Shown piece after piece: positions 56,291 through 64,000 of a DNA stretch of 64,000 nt. The DNA is from Candidatus Nomurabacteria bacterium (GTDB lineage Bacteria; Patescibacteriota; Minisyncoccia; Phycocordibacterales; UBA9973). The stretch is from positions 18,227 to 82,226 of the forward strand of contig CALQYS010000002.1 in NCBI GenBank assembly GCA_943348755.1. Direction: 5' to 3'. Each line of letters begins with the position of its first letter. The stretch's first letter is position 1. Position numbers and translations under genes: made by a program. The notes under the pieces were generated by a model. The model searched no databases. It was not told where the DNA came from and saw only the letters and a list, made by a program, of their open reading frames with translations.

Positions 56291-57172
56291 ATGCTTGAGC
56301 AGTCGAAGAAATATGCCAAAGGCTATGGTTTAATTATTTTCATTTTTCTTCTTTTGCTTTTTACCAGCTGTCTTTTTTATTTAGATTTCCAAAATTCTCA
56401 TCGGGGTCTCACATTTGCCATGCTGGACATCGGGCAAGGGGATGCGCTTTTCATCGAATCGCCGACGGGGGCGCAAATATTGGTAGACGGCGGGCCTCCG
56501 AGGAAAATATTGAGCCAGCTTGCACGAGTGATGTCTCCATTTGATCGGCACATAGATGCGATTATGGTTACAAACCCCGATCAAGACCACATCGGCGGGT
56601 TTTTGGATGTTCTGAAAGTTTACAAAGTGGACAGGGTGTTTGAACCGGGCACTTTTAATGATTCTAAGACGTACCAAAATCTTAAAGCAGAAATAAAAAA
56701 CAAAAATATTCCAAACATTTTGGCAAAAAGAGGAATGAGGCTCGACATGGGTGGCGGGGTGGTGATTGAGGTTTTATTTCCCGACAGGGATGTCTCGACC
56801 TGGAGTTCGAATGACGGTTCAATCGTCGCGAGACTTTCTTATGGCCAGACATCCGTTATGCTCACGGGTGATGCTACGACTTTAACAGAGAAAACAATTC
56901 TAGCGGAAAATTCTAGCAGTTCTCTAAAGAGCACTGTTTTGAAAGTGGGGCATCATGGGTCTAGGACTTCCACCAGCGCGCCATTTGTAGAAGCCGTTGC
57001 ACCTACGTATGCGCTCATTTCAGATGATAAAGATAATAAATATGGTCATCCGCATCCAGATACATTAGCCACTCTCGCCCAATTTGGCGCCAAGATTTTT
57101 CGAACGGACTTATTGGGTACAATAATCATGAAGTCTGATGGCAAAAATGAGACGTTTTCATTTCGAAAGTAA
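56291..57172 (+). CDS. ComEC C-terminal-type metallo-beta-lactamase-fold protein
   Basis: LDIGQGDA, TNPDQDHIGG, TGDA, LKVGHHGS, YGHPH, RTD..G. Confidence 0.9.
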   Translation: MLEQSKKYAKGYGLIIFIFLLLLFTSCLFYLDFQNSHRGLTFAMLDIGQGDALFIESPTGAQILVDGGPPRKILSQLARVMSPFDRHIDAIMVTNPDQDHIGGFLDVLKVYKVDRVFEPGTFNDSKTYQNLKAEIKNKNIPNILAKRGMRLDMGGGVVIEVLFPDRDVSTWSSNDGSIVARLSYGQTSVMLTGDATTLTEKTILAENSSSSLKSTVLKVGHHGSRTSTSAPFVEAVAPTYALISDDKDNKYGHPHPDTLATLAQFGAKIFRTDLLGTIIMKSDGKNETFSFRK

Positions 57173-57219
57173 TTTAGTTTAACAATAGAAAATTATTTGT
57201 TATATGTTAGTATGTAGAT

Positions 57220-58104
57220 ATGAAATTTTCCCATGACAGATTGAAAGATGTTGGTCCCCAAAAAGAATCTAAATCCACAAGGTTTAAAATTGAGTCTGAA
57301 TTGCGCAGTTTTCATATTCCTAGAATCCCAGAAATTGTTGAATCACTTGTTATTCTAGAGGAGAATTCTCGCTTTAATGATGACTCTAGAATGATTCTCG
57401 AAGGAGTTAAAAATGTTATAAAACTAATCAGTTCATTTAAGCTTAAACCAATAGAGAGGAAAAGATTGTTTCTGGCTAGCTATCTGCATGACATCGGCAA
57501 AGCTTCCGCGTCAGAAAGTAAAGAATGTCGTTTAACAGTAGCTAAGTTATTCTCGATATCCAATATAGACCCTAACCAAAAAATCATAAAATCTCTGCAA
57601 GACAATTTCCCTGGCGAAGAAGAGGCTATGTCTTCTCATTTGGCGGAAGTTGGCATGGATGTTAAAGAGGCTACTATGAGAGAGTTTTGGGATCAGCATG
57701 CCTTTTGGACCAAGCAAGCCTTGGAAAGACATCACGATGCTTTAGATAAACCTACAAGAATAATCGCTGCGAGTCATCACTTGGATCGTACAGATAAACA
57801 AATCAATCCATATGGCATTGATCTAAATAATGTAGCCCAAGTTTCAAACGAATTAAAATATTCCATTTTTGTCTTAATGGCAGTTGATAAATACCAAGCT
57901 TTTATGGTGAGGGGAGATATGAATCATGATCAAGCGATGGTTTCATTAAAAAATGTTTTGGGAAGATATGATGGTGATGTTATGATGGGTGATATTATCG
58001 CGACAATCGGTCAGCTGGGCAGTACTAATGCTTTATTTCCCGAAAATATGGCTTTGCGCAAAAATTTATCAAAAGAAAAGGTAAAAAGTGGTATTATTAA
58101 ATGA
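57220..58104 (+). CDS. HD-domain hypothetical protein
   Basis: LHDIGK, H, SHH and DKY motifs. Confidence 0.7.
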   Translation: MKFSHDRLKDVGPQKESKSTRFKIESELRSFHIPRIPEIVESLVILEENSRFNDDSRMILEGVKNVIKLISSFKLKPIERKRLFLASYLHDIGKASASESKECRLTVAKLFSISNIDPNQKIIKSLQDNFPGEEEAMSSHLAEVGMDVKEATMREFWDQHAFWTKQALERHHDALDKPTRIIAASHHLDRTDKQINPYGIDLNNVAQVSNELKYSIFVLMAVDKYQAFMVRGDMNHDQAMVSLKNVLGRYDGDVMMGDIIATIGQLGSTNALFPENMALRKNLSKEKVKSGIIK

Positions 58105-58121
58105 TAATTTTTTTAAAACAC

Positions 58122-59366
58122 ATGCGCGACAAACAGATAGAAAAGTTAATAAAACTCGAAGAGAAAAGACAAAGAGAGGGCTTGGAATTAATCCCGTCTG
58201 AGAACTATGTGTCTGAAGATGTTCTCACAGCGAATGGGTCTGTTTTTACCAATAAATATTCTGAAGGCTATCCTGGCCGTCGTTACTATGGAGGGCAAGA
58301 TTTCACTGATGCTTTAGAGCGTCTGGCTATAGAGCGTATATGCAAGTTGTTCAAATGTAAATTTGCCAATGTTCAACCACATTCTGGCGCTCCGGCTAAC
58401 CTAGCTGTCTATGCCGCCCTACTTGAGCCGGGGGATACAGTACTTGGCATGGATCTTTCACATGGGGGTCATTTAACACATGGACACCCGATGACTTTAC
58501 CTGCGAAGATTTACAATTTCGTTAGGTACAAAATGAAAAATCCTGATACGGGTGAAATAGATTATGAAGAACTCCGTCGCGTCGCGATCGAAAAAAAGCC
58601 GAAAATAATTCTTGCTGGGTTTTCAGCCTACTCGCGAACCCTTGATTATAAAAAATTTGTGGAAATTGCAAAGGAAGTAGGGGCCATCACTGTGGCGGAT
58701 ATGGCTCACATCGCTGGGCTTATCGCAGCTGGGGTACTTCGTAATCCTTTTGACGATGGCTTCGATATCATTACTTCTACTACTCATAAAACTTTACGTG
58801 GCCCGCGCGGTGGAATAATTCTTACTCGTGAGAACGAAGAAATCGCTAAGAAAATAGATAAATCAATTTTCCCTGGGATCCAAGGTGGACCACACATGCA
58901 TACGATTGCCGCGAAAGCTGTTGCTTTTGGAGAGGCCCTGACACCAAAATATAAAAAATATGCTGCACAGGTCTTAAAAAATGCTAAAGCTATGGCAGAA
59001 GTTTTCCGTGAGAATAATATTAGGATGATCGGTGGAGGGACGGATAATCATCTAATTTTGGCTGATGTTTTTGGTTCTTTAGGAATTACAGGCAAAGAAG
59101 CACAAACCGTCTTTGATGAAGTCGGTATAACGCTTAACATGAATATGATCGCTGGCGATACCAGAAAACCTCTTGATCCATCAGGCATTAGATTTGGCAC
59201 ACCAGCTATTACCACTCGTGGATTTAAAGAAAAAGAATGCAAAAAAGTCGCAGAATTAATGATAAAAGTTTTGAAAAATAAAGACGATAAAAAGGTGAAA
59301 GACGCAGTACATAAAGAAATCAAATCTCTCGCTAAAAAGTTTCCGATACCGAAGAGGTTTGTGTAA
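58122..59366 (+). CDS. glyA: Serine hydroxymethyltransferase
   Basis: ELIPSEN, YSEGYPGRRYYGG, TTHKTLRGPRGG, GTPAITTRG. Confidence 0.97.
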   Translation: MRDKQIEKLIKLEEKRQREGLELIPSENYVSEDVLTANGSVFTNKYSEGYPGRRYYGGQDFTDALERLAIERICKLFKCKFANVQPHSGAPANLAVYAALLEPGDTVLGMDLSHGGHLTHGHPMTLPAKIYNFVRYKMKNPDTGEIDYEELRRVAIEKKPKIILAGFSAYSRTLDYKKFVEIAKEVGAITVADMAHIAGLIAAGVLRNPFDDGFDIITSTTHKTLRGPRGGIILTRENEEIAKKIDKSIFPGIQGGPHMHTIAAKAVAFGEALTPKYKKYAAQVLKNAKAMAEVFRENNIRMIGGGTDNHLILADVFGSLGITGKEAQTVFDEVGITLNMNMIAGDTRKPLDPSGIRFGTPAITTRGFKEKECKKVAELMIKVLKNKDDKKVKDAVHKEIKSLAKKFPIPKRFV

Positions 59367-59371
59367 ATTTT

Positions 59372-59776
59372 ATGGAATTACAAGTCGGGGTAAAAATAAT
59401 TTTACAGAATAAGGAAGGAAAGTTTTTGCTCTTGCAGAGAAACTTGGAAAAGTACCCAGAAGTAAAGAAAAATGATTCTCTGGATATTGTCGGCGGACGG
59501 ATAAATATCGGCACTCCCTTGTTGGATAATTTAAAGAGGGAAATTGTCGAAGAAACTAAATTAAATCTTGTTGAAGAGCCAAAATTGATTGCCGCCCAAG
59601 ACATTTTGCGACCAAACAAACACGTGGTGCGTCTGACATATCTAGGCCAAATAGAGGGTGATCCTCAATTAGACGAAGAACATAGCTCATATAAGTGGAT
59701 GACCAAGGAAGAAGTTAAAAACGAAGCTGGCCTCGATCAGTATTCTAAAGAAGTTTTCAATAAATTTGTTTTGTAG
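59372..59776 (+). CDS. NUDIX hydrolase
   Basis: GG.I..G......L.REI.EET.L. Confidence 0.88.
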   Translation: MELQVGVKIILQNKEGKFLLLQRNLEKYPEVKKNDSLDIVGGRINIGTPLLDNLKREIVEETKLNLVEEPKLIAAQDILRPNKHVVRLTYLGQIEGDPQLDEEHSSYKWMTKEEVKNEAGLDQYSKEVFNKFVL

Positions 59777-59816
59777 TTAATCCAGCTACTTTAGTTAAGT
59801 AAAGTGGAATATTAAT

Positions 59817-60374
59817 ATGAAAACTATAATATGTATTATCGGTACAATTGGCTCAGGAAAAGATACAGCTGCCGAATATATTTCCAAAAAACTTTCCATA
59901 CCTACTATCGCTATCAGTCAACAGTTGAAGGATTTTGCCATTGAGCGAGGATTAGAACCGACTCGAGACAATTTAATTAAAATGAATAATGTTTTTTCCA
60001 AGGAAAAGGGGCCACTTTTCGTAACGAAAACCTTATTAGGAAAAATACCAGAAGATTTTATAATCATAACTGGTATCAGGATGCTGGAAATCATTGAGTA
60101 TATGCGTAAAGAACACAAATTGGTTCTTCTGGCTGTGACGGCAGAACCAAAAATAAGATTTGAGAGGTGTATAGCTCGTGGCAAATTAGGAGAAGCTAAA
60201 ACATTTGAAGAATTTATAGAAAATGAGCAGAGAGAAAATTCTGCTCCGAATGTCCAGAGATTGTTTGAATGTATGAAGCTAGCTGATTACACTATCTCAA
60301 ACGAGAGCGATGTAGGGGATTTCTTCAAACAAGTTGATGAATTTTTAAAATTAAAAGGATTAGGAAAAAAATAA
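59817..60374 (+). CDS. P-loop nucleotide-kinase-like protein
   Basis: G.IGSGKDT, RF.R...RG, ADY.I.N. Confidence 0.8.
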   Translation: MKTIICIIGTIGSGKDTAAEYISKKLSIPTIAISQQLKDFAIERGLEPTRDNLIKMNNVFSKEKGPLFVTKTLLGKIPEDFIIITGIRMLEIIEYMRKEHKLVLLAVTAEPKIRFERCIARGKLGEAKTFEEFIENEQRENSAPNVQRLFECMKLADYTISNESDVGDFFKQVDEFLKLKGLGKK

Positions 60375-60395
60375 GTGTTGAGGTATATTTTCTAA

Positions 60396-61085
60396 ATGGC
60401 AAAGAAGGGCAAGCTCATAGTGATAGATGGTACCGATGGGTCCGGCAAGGCGACCCAGATAGGTCTTTTGATAAAGCACTTAAAGAAAGACGGCCGCAAA
60501 GTTAAAGTGGTTGATTTTCCTGAGTACTATTCAAATTTCTTCGGTAAATTTATTGGGCATTGTCTCTCTGAGCAATATTATAATTTCGTCAAGACTCATC
60601 CCAAGATCGCTTCGGTGCTTTATGCGGCAGACCGCTTTGAGTCAGGAGATAAAATAAAAAAATGGCTAAAGGAGGGGAATATCGTCGTCGCAAATAGATA
60701 CGCGAGCGCGAATCAGATTCACCAGGGCGGGAAAATCACGAATACAAAGAAAAGAGAAAGTTTTCTCGCATGGCTGGCAGAGATGGAGTATGGAGTTTTT
60801 AAAATTCCGAAGCCGGATGCAGTTTTTTATTTGAGTGTCCCGATTCCGATAGTTATGAAATTAATTGCGGAGCGGAACAAGCAAAACAGCCGCGCGTATC
60901 TAGGTAAGAAAAAAGATGTGCACGAGAAAGACATTAACTTTTTAGAGAATTCCCGAAAGAGCGCCTTGTGGCTGTCGAAGACACAAAAGGGCTGGGTAAA
61001 GATAGAGTGCGTGAAAGATGGCAAACTGGAGGCCCGAGAAAATATTCATGAAAAAATTTATGAAAAGCTTAAGAAAATTATCTAA
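60396..61085 (+). CDS. tmk: Thymidylate kinase
   Basis: IDGTDGSGK.TQ, LYAADR, RY..AN..HQG, PD.V.YL. Confidence 0.9.
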   Translation: MAKKGKLIVIDGTDGSGKATQIGLLIKHLKKDGRKVKVVDFPEYYSNFFGKFIGHCLSEQYYNFVKTHPKIASVLYAADRFESGDKIKKWLKEGNIVVANRYASANQIHQGGKITNTKKRESFLAWLAEMEYGVFKIPKPDAVFYLSVPIPIVMKLIAERNKQNSRAYLGKKKDVHEKDINFLENSRKSALWLSKTQKGWVKIECVKDGKLEARENIHEKIYEKLKKII

Positions 61086-61086
61086 T

Positions 61087-61509
61087 ATGATCGTCAAAGT
61101 AAAAAGACTTAAAGAGAATGCCAAATTGCCGACTTATCATCATCCCGGGGATGTGGGGATGGATTTGTATTCAATGGAGACGGTAACGGTAAAGCCGGGG
61201 GAGCATTATCGCTTCTGGCATGGTTTTGCGCTCGAGTTTCCGGAGGGCTACGGGGCGATCATAATGGATAAAGGCAGTATTTCCAAGGCTGGATTTGCTC
61301 ATATGGGGGGAGTTTATGATGCTGGATACCGAGGCGAGTACAATACACTTTTAGTAAATTTGTCAGACAAGAGTTATACTTTTGAAGAAGGCGACAAGGT
61401 TTCTCAACTTTTGATCATGCCAGTAGCAATAGCGAAGCTAAAGGAGGTAGAAGAGCTGAGTGATTCTGCTCGTGGGGAGGGAAGGTTTGGAAGCACAGGC
61501 AAAAAGTAG
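61087..61509 (+). CDS. dut: dUTPase
   Basis: G.DL, GV.DAGYRGE, GDKV.Q, RGEG.FGSTG; start at ATG 61087. Confidence 0.93.
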   Translation: MIVKVKRLKENAKLPTYHHPGDVGMDLYSMETVTVKPGEHYRFWHGFALEFPEGYGAIIMDKGSISKAGFAHMGGVYDAGYRGEYNTLLVNLSDKSYTFEEGDKVSQLLIMPVAIAKLKEVEELSDSARGEGRFGSTGKK

Positions 61510-61511
61510 AA

Positions 61512-61603
61512 AAACACTTTTGTAAAAATTTCTTGAAACTGCGCCCTCGGAGTCATAAGGACAGGGGACCCACACGTTTCTTTAAATTTTTACCAAAATG
61601 TTT
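61512..61603 (+). repeat. Fold-back element E between dut and argS
   Basis: AAACA..GTAAAAATTT..GAAAC / GTTTC..AAATTTTTAC..TGTTT; core CTGCGCCCT-CGGA-GTCATAAGGAC-AGGGGACCC shares GTCATAAGGA with copies A-D. Confidence 0.8.
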
Positions 61604-61613
61604 ACAAAATTAC

Positions 61614-63338
61614 ATGCAAGAAAAACTAAAAAATTTAATTAAGGATGCTTTAAAAAATCTAGAGATAGAAGTGAGCGATATCGCGCTGGAACACCCGGCT
61701 GATTTAAAGATGGGGGACTATTCGACCAATGTGGCGATGGCTATAGCAAAAAGTGTGAAGATTAGCCCAAAGGCCTTAGCGCAAAAAATAGTCACCGAAA
61801 TATCTAGATTAAATTTAGATAAAAATATTGAGAAAGTAGAAGTCGCAGGTCCGGGGTTCATCAATTTTTACCTTTCTCGTAAATTTTTTGCACGAAGTGT
61901 TGAAGAAATTTTAAATCAAGGAGAAGGTGTCGGTAAAAACGATGCTTTGGGTAGTAAAAAAATAATGGTTGAATATACCGACCCGAATCCTTTCAAGCCG
62001 TTTCATATTGGTCACTTGATGACGAATGCTATAGGAGAATCAGTCTCTCGAATTCTAGAACATTCTGGAGCAGAAGTTTCTCGGGCGAACTATCAGGGTG
62101 ATGTGGGGCTGCATGTAGCCAAAGCTATCTTCGGTATGCACAAAAAGGGTATGCCAAAAGATATATCTGCCCCTGTATCTGTTTTGGCTCAGTATATAGG
62201 TGAATCTTATGCGTTAGGTAGTGAAGAATACGAAAAAGACCTCGAGGCAAAAAACGAAATTGATATTTTAAATAAAAAAATTTATGACAAGAGCGATCCA
62301 CAGGTAAACGAGGTCTATGATTGGGGTTTTAAGATCACGATGGATGCATTTGAAGATTTGTATAAAATTCTTGGTACAAAATTTGATTTCTATTTCTTGG
62401 AAAGCCAGATGGCGCCGATTGGAGCAAATATTGTTAAGACGAATGTTGGTAAAGTTTTTGAAGAATCTGAAAAAGCGATTGTGTTTAAGGCTGAAAAATA
62501 TGATCCCAAATTACACACGAGAGTTTTCATAACTTCTGGCGGTTTACCGACTTATGAGACCAAAGAGCTCGGGCTGACTGAAGAAAAGTTTAGGACAGAG
62601 CCAAATTTGGACCTGTCTATCATCGTCACGGCCAATGAGCAGATGGATTATATGAAAGTGGTGGCAAAAGCTGTTTCTTTGCTTCATCCGGAGCACGAGA
62701 AAAAGATGAAACACATCACACATGGCATGATGCGCTTCGGCAAAGGTTCTTTGGGCAAGATGAGCTCCAGAAAGGGCAATGTGGTCACTGGGGAGTCACT
62801 CATTCGAGATACAATTACTCTGATATATGAAAAAATGAAGGACAGAGACTGGGCTAAAGTTGAAAAAGAAAAAGTGGCCGAGATGGTAGGTGTGGCAGCG
62901 ATAAAGTATTCAATCCTTCGTTCATCGTCAGGAAGCGATATTGTATTCAACGCAGAAGAGTCAATCTCGACCGAAGGGGACTCTGGTCCATATTTACAAT
63001 ACTCATACGCGCGAGCTCATTCGGTTTTAGAAAAAGCAAAAGTAGAAAACATTTTGCCAGACCCGCACGCTTTTCCTGTAGAAATTTCCGAAGTCGAAAA
63101 ATTATTGTACCGATTCCCTGAAATCGTGCTTCGTTCCAGCCAAGAATATGAACCGCACTATGTCGCGAACTACCTGATCGAAGTCGCCCGTGCATTTAAT
63201 AGCTTTTATGGCAATAACTTGATTGTCAGCAAAGAAGACAAAGCTTCATCGTACAAAATCGCTCTGACTTACGCCTTTTCATTCGTGATGAAAACCGGTT
63301 TGCACCTCCTTGGCATCAAAGTGCCGAGCAAGATGTAG
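61614..63338 (+). CDS. argS: Arginine--tRNA ligase
   Basis: GDYSTN.AM, GPGFINF, NP.K.FHIGH, KMSSRKG, GPYLQY.YAR; start at ATG 61614. Confidence 0.96.
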   Translation: MQEKLKNLIKDALKNLEIEVSDIALEHPADLKMGDYSTNVAMAIAKSVKISPKALAQKIVTEISRLNLDKNIEKVEVAGPGFINFYLSRKFFARSVEEILNQGEGVGKNDALGSKKIMVEYTDPNPFKPFHIGHLMTNAIGESVSRILEHSGAEVSRANYQGDVGLHVAKAIFGMHKKGMPKDISAPVSVLAQYIGESYALGSEEYEKDLEAKNEIDILNKKIYDKSDPQVNEVYDWGFKITMDAFEDLYKILGTKFDFYFLESQMAPIGANIVKTNVGKVFEESEKAIVFKAEKYDPKLHTRVFITSGGLPTYETKELGLTEEKFRTEPNLDLSIIVTANEQMDYMKVVAKAVSLLHPEHEKKMKHITHGMMRFGKGSLGKMSSRKGNVVTGESLIRDTITLIYEKMKDRDWAKVEKEKVAEMVGVAAIKYSILRSSSGSDIVFNAEESISTEGDSGPYLQYSYARAHSVLEKAKVENILPDPHAFPVEISEVEKLLYRFPEIVLRSSQEYEPHYVANYLIEVARAFNSFYGNNLIVSKEDKASSYKIALTYAFSFVMKTGLHLLGIKVPSKM

Positions 63339-63391
63339 AGTGTTTTGGCATTAAAAGTTCGAATCCCACTTAGACCTTCAGAATAAGCGAT

Positions 63392-64000
63392 ATGGAAAGT
63401 CCAGAGAAAAAAGAAATTCGTAAATACTTAATTAGATTCAGCAATCGTATAATGAGAGGTCATTCTGCCTATCTGCTTTGGAAATCTATTAAAATTGCTA
63501 CTAACATAACGGATGTTGGGAATCAAAGAGCGGAAGAAAATGCAACAACTATGAATCTCTATGAAGAAATATTTCCAGCAATAATTTTTTCTTTAGAAAC
63601 AACTTTCATCATTGAACTACATAAATTTTTTGACACCAGTAAAGAAGCTCTAAAATTAATCGAGGTAAATACATCAAGTGCAGGGATTGCTAAGTCTGTG
63701 ATAAGTAAAGAGGATAAAAAAAATATAGAAAATTTAGTTTTAGAAAACAAACAGACCATTGATCATATTAAAGAATTACGTCACCAATTATTTGCACATG
63801 ACAAAATTAAAAAGGAAGGAAAATTTCTCATACCTCCGACTAATAATTTGGATAAGCTATTTGATGTTGTAAAAGAAATTCATAATATAATTTCAAAAAG
63901 TACTACAGGGGATTTTTATGTTTGGGCAGACAAAAACGGAAATTCAATGAAATCGTATTTTAACGAATTGATTATTAATTTACAAAAAGGAAGAGAGCAG
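63392..64000 (+). CDS. HEPN-domain protein (AbiU2-like); runs off the window
   Basis: Manually translated open frame of 203 codons from ATG 63392, absent from the ORF track; LHKFFD and R-x5-H motif RHQLFAH at 63779-63799. Confidence 0.7.
   Translation, partial: MESPEKKEIRKYLIRFSNRIMRGHSAYLLWKSIKIATNITDVGNQRAEENATTMNLYEEIFPAIIFSLETTFIIELHKFFDTSKEALKLIEVNTSSAGIAKSVISKEDKKNIENLVLENKQTIDHIKELRHQLFAHDKIKKEGKFLIPPTNNLDKLFDVVKEIHNIISKSTTGDFYVWADKNGNSMKSYFNELIINLQKGREQ

Noticed and set aside
255-63759. Numerous 60-160 aa ORFs antisense to or nested in identified genes
   Set aside because: They are shadow ORFs of real genes with no recognisable motifs or start signals.

Overview
This window looks like a 64-kb AT-rich chromosomal segment from a Patescibacteria/CPR genome. 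It resembles Parcubacteria, possibly Nomurabacteria; this is inferred from gene content and style only. TGA is used as a stop, so the genetic code is 11. Most genes are housekeeping (rpsO, pnp, metK, rny, clpP, tig, nusA, tpiA, pgk, recJ, rnhA, glyA, tmk, dut, argS, hppA). The window also holds a liv ABC operon, a pyrC-carA-carB-pyrB block, a lexA operon with a perfect operator, a type IV pilus/competence locus with modular Cys-rich surface proteins, a high-GC foreign gene, a TQNNG-repeat surface protein and a partial HEPN gene. No rRNA, complete tRNA, CRISPR array or transposase was seen. The most notable unexplained signal is a set of at least eight dispersed 65-135 bp intergenic fold-back elements with long AT-rich stems. 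Four share a near-identical 28-nt core and occur in both orientations relative to transcription. Other highlights are short GC-rich palindromes inserted in frame in pnp, carB and sod, structured leaders on pnp and rny, a candidate pseudoknotted RNA, and widespread leaderless-type promoters.
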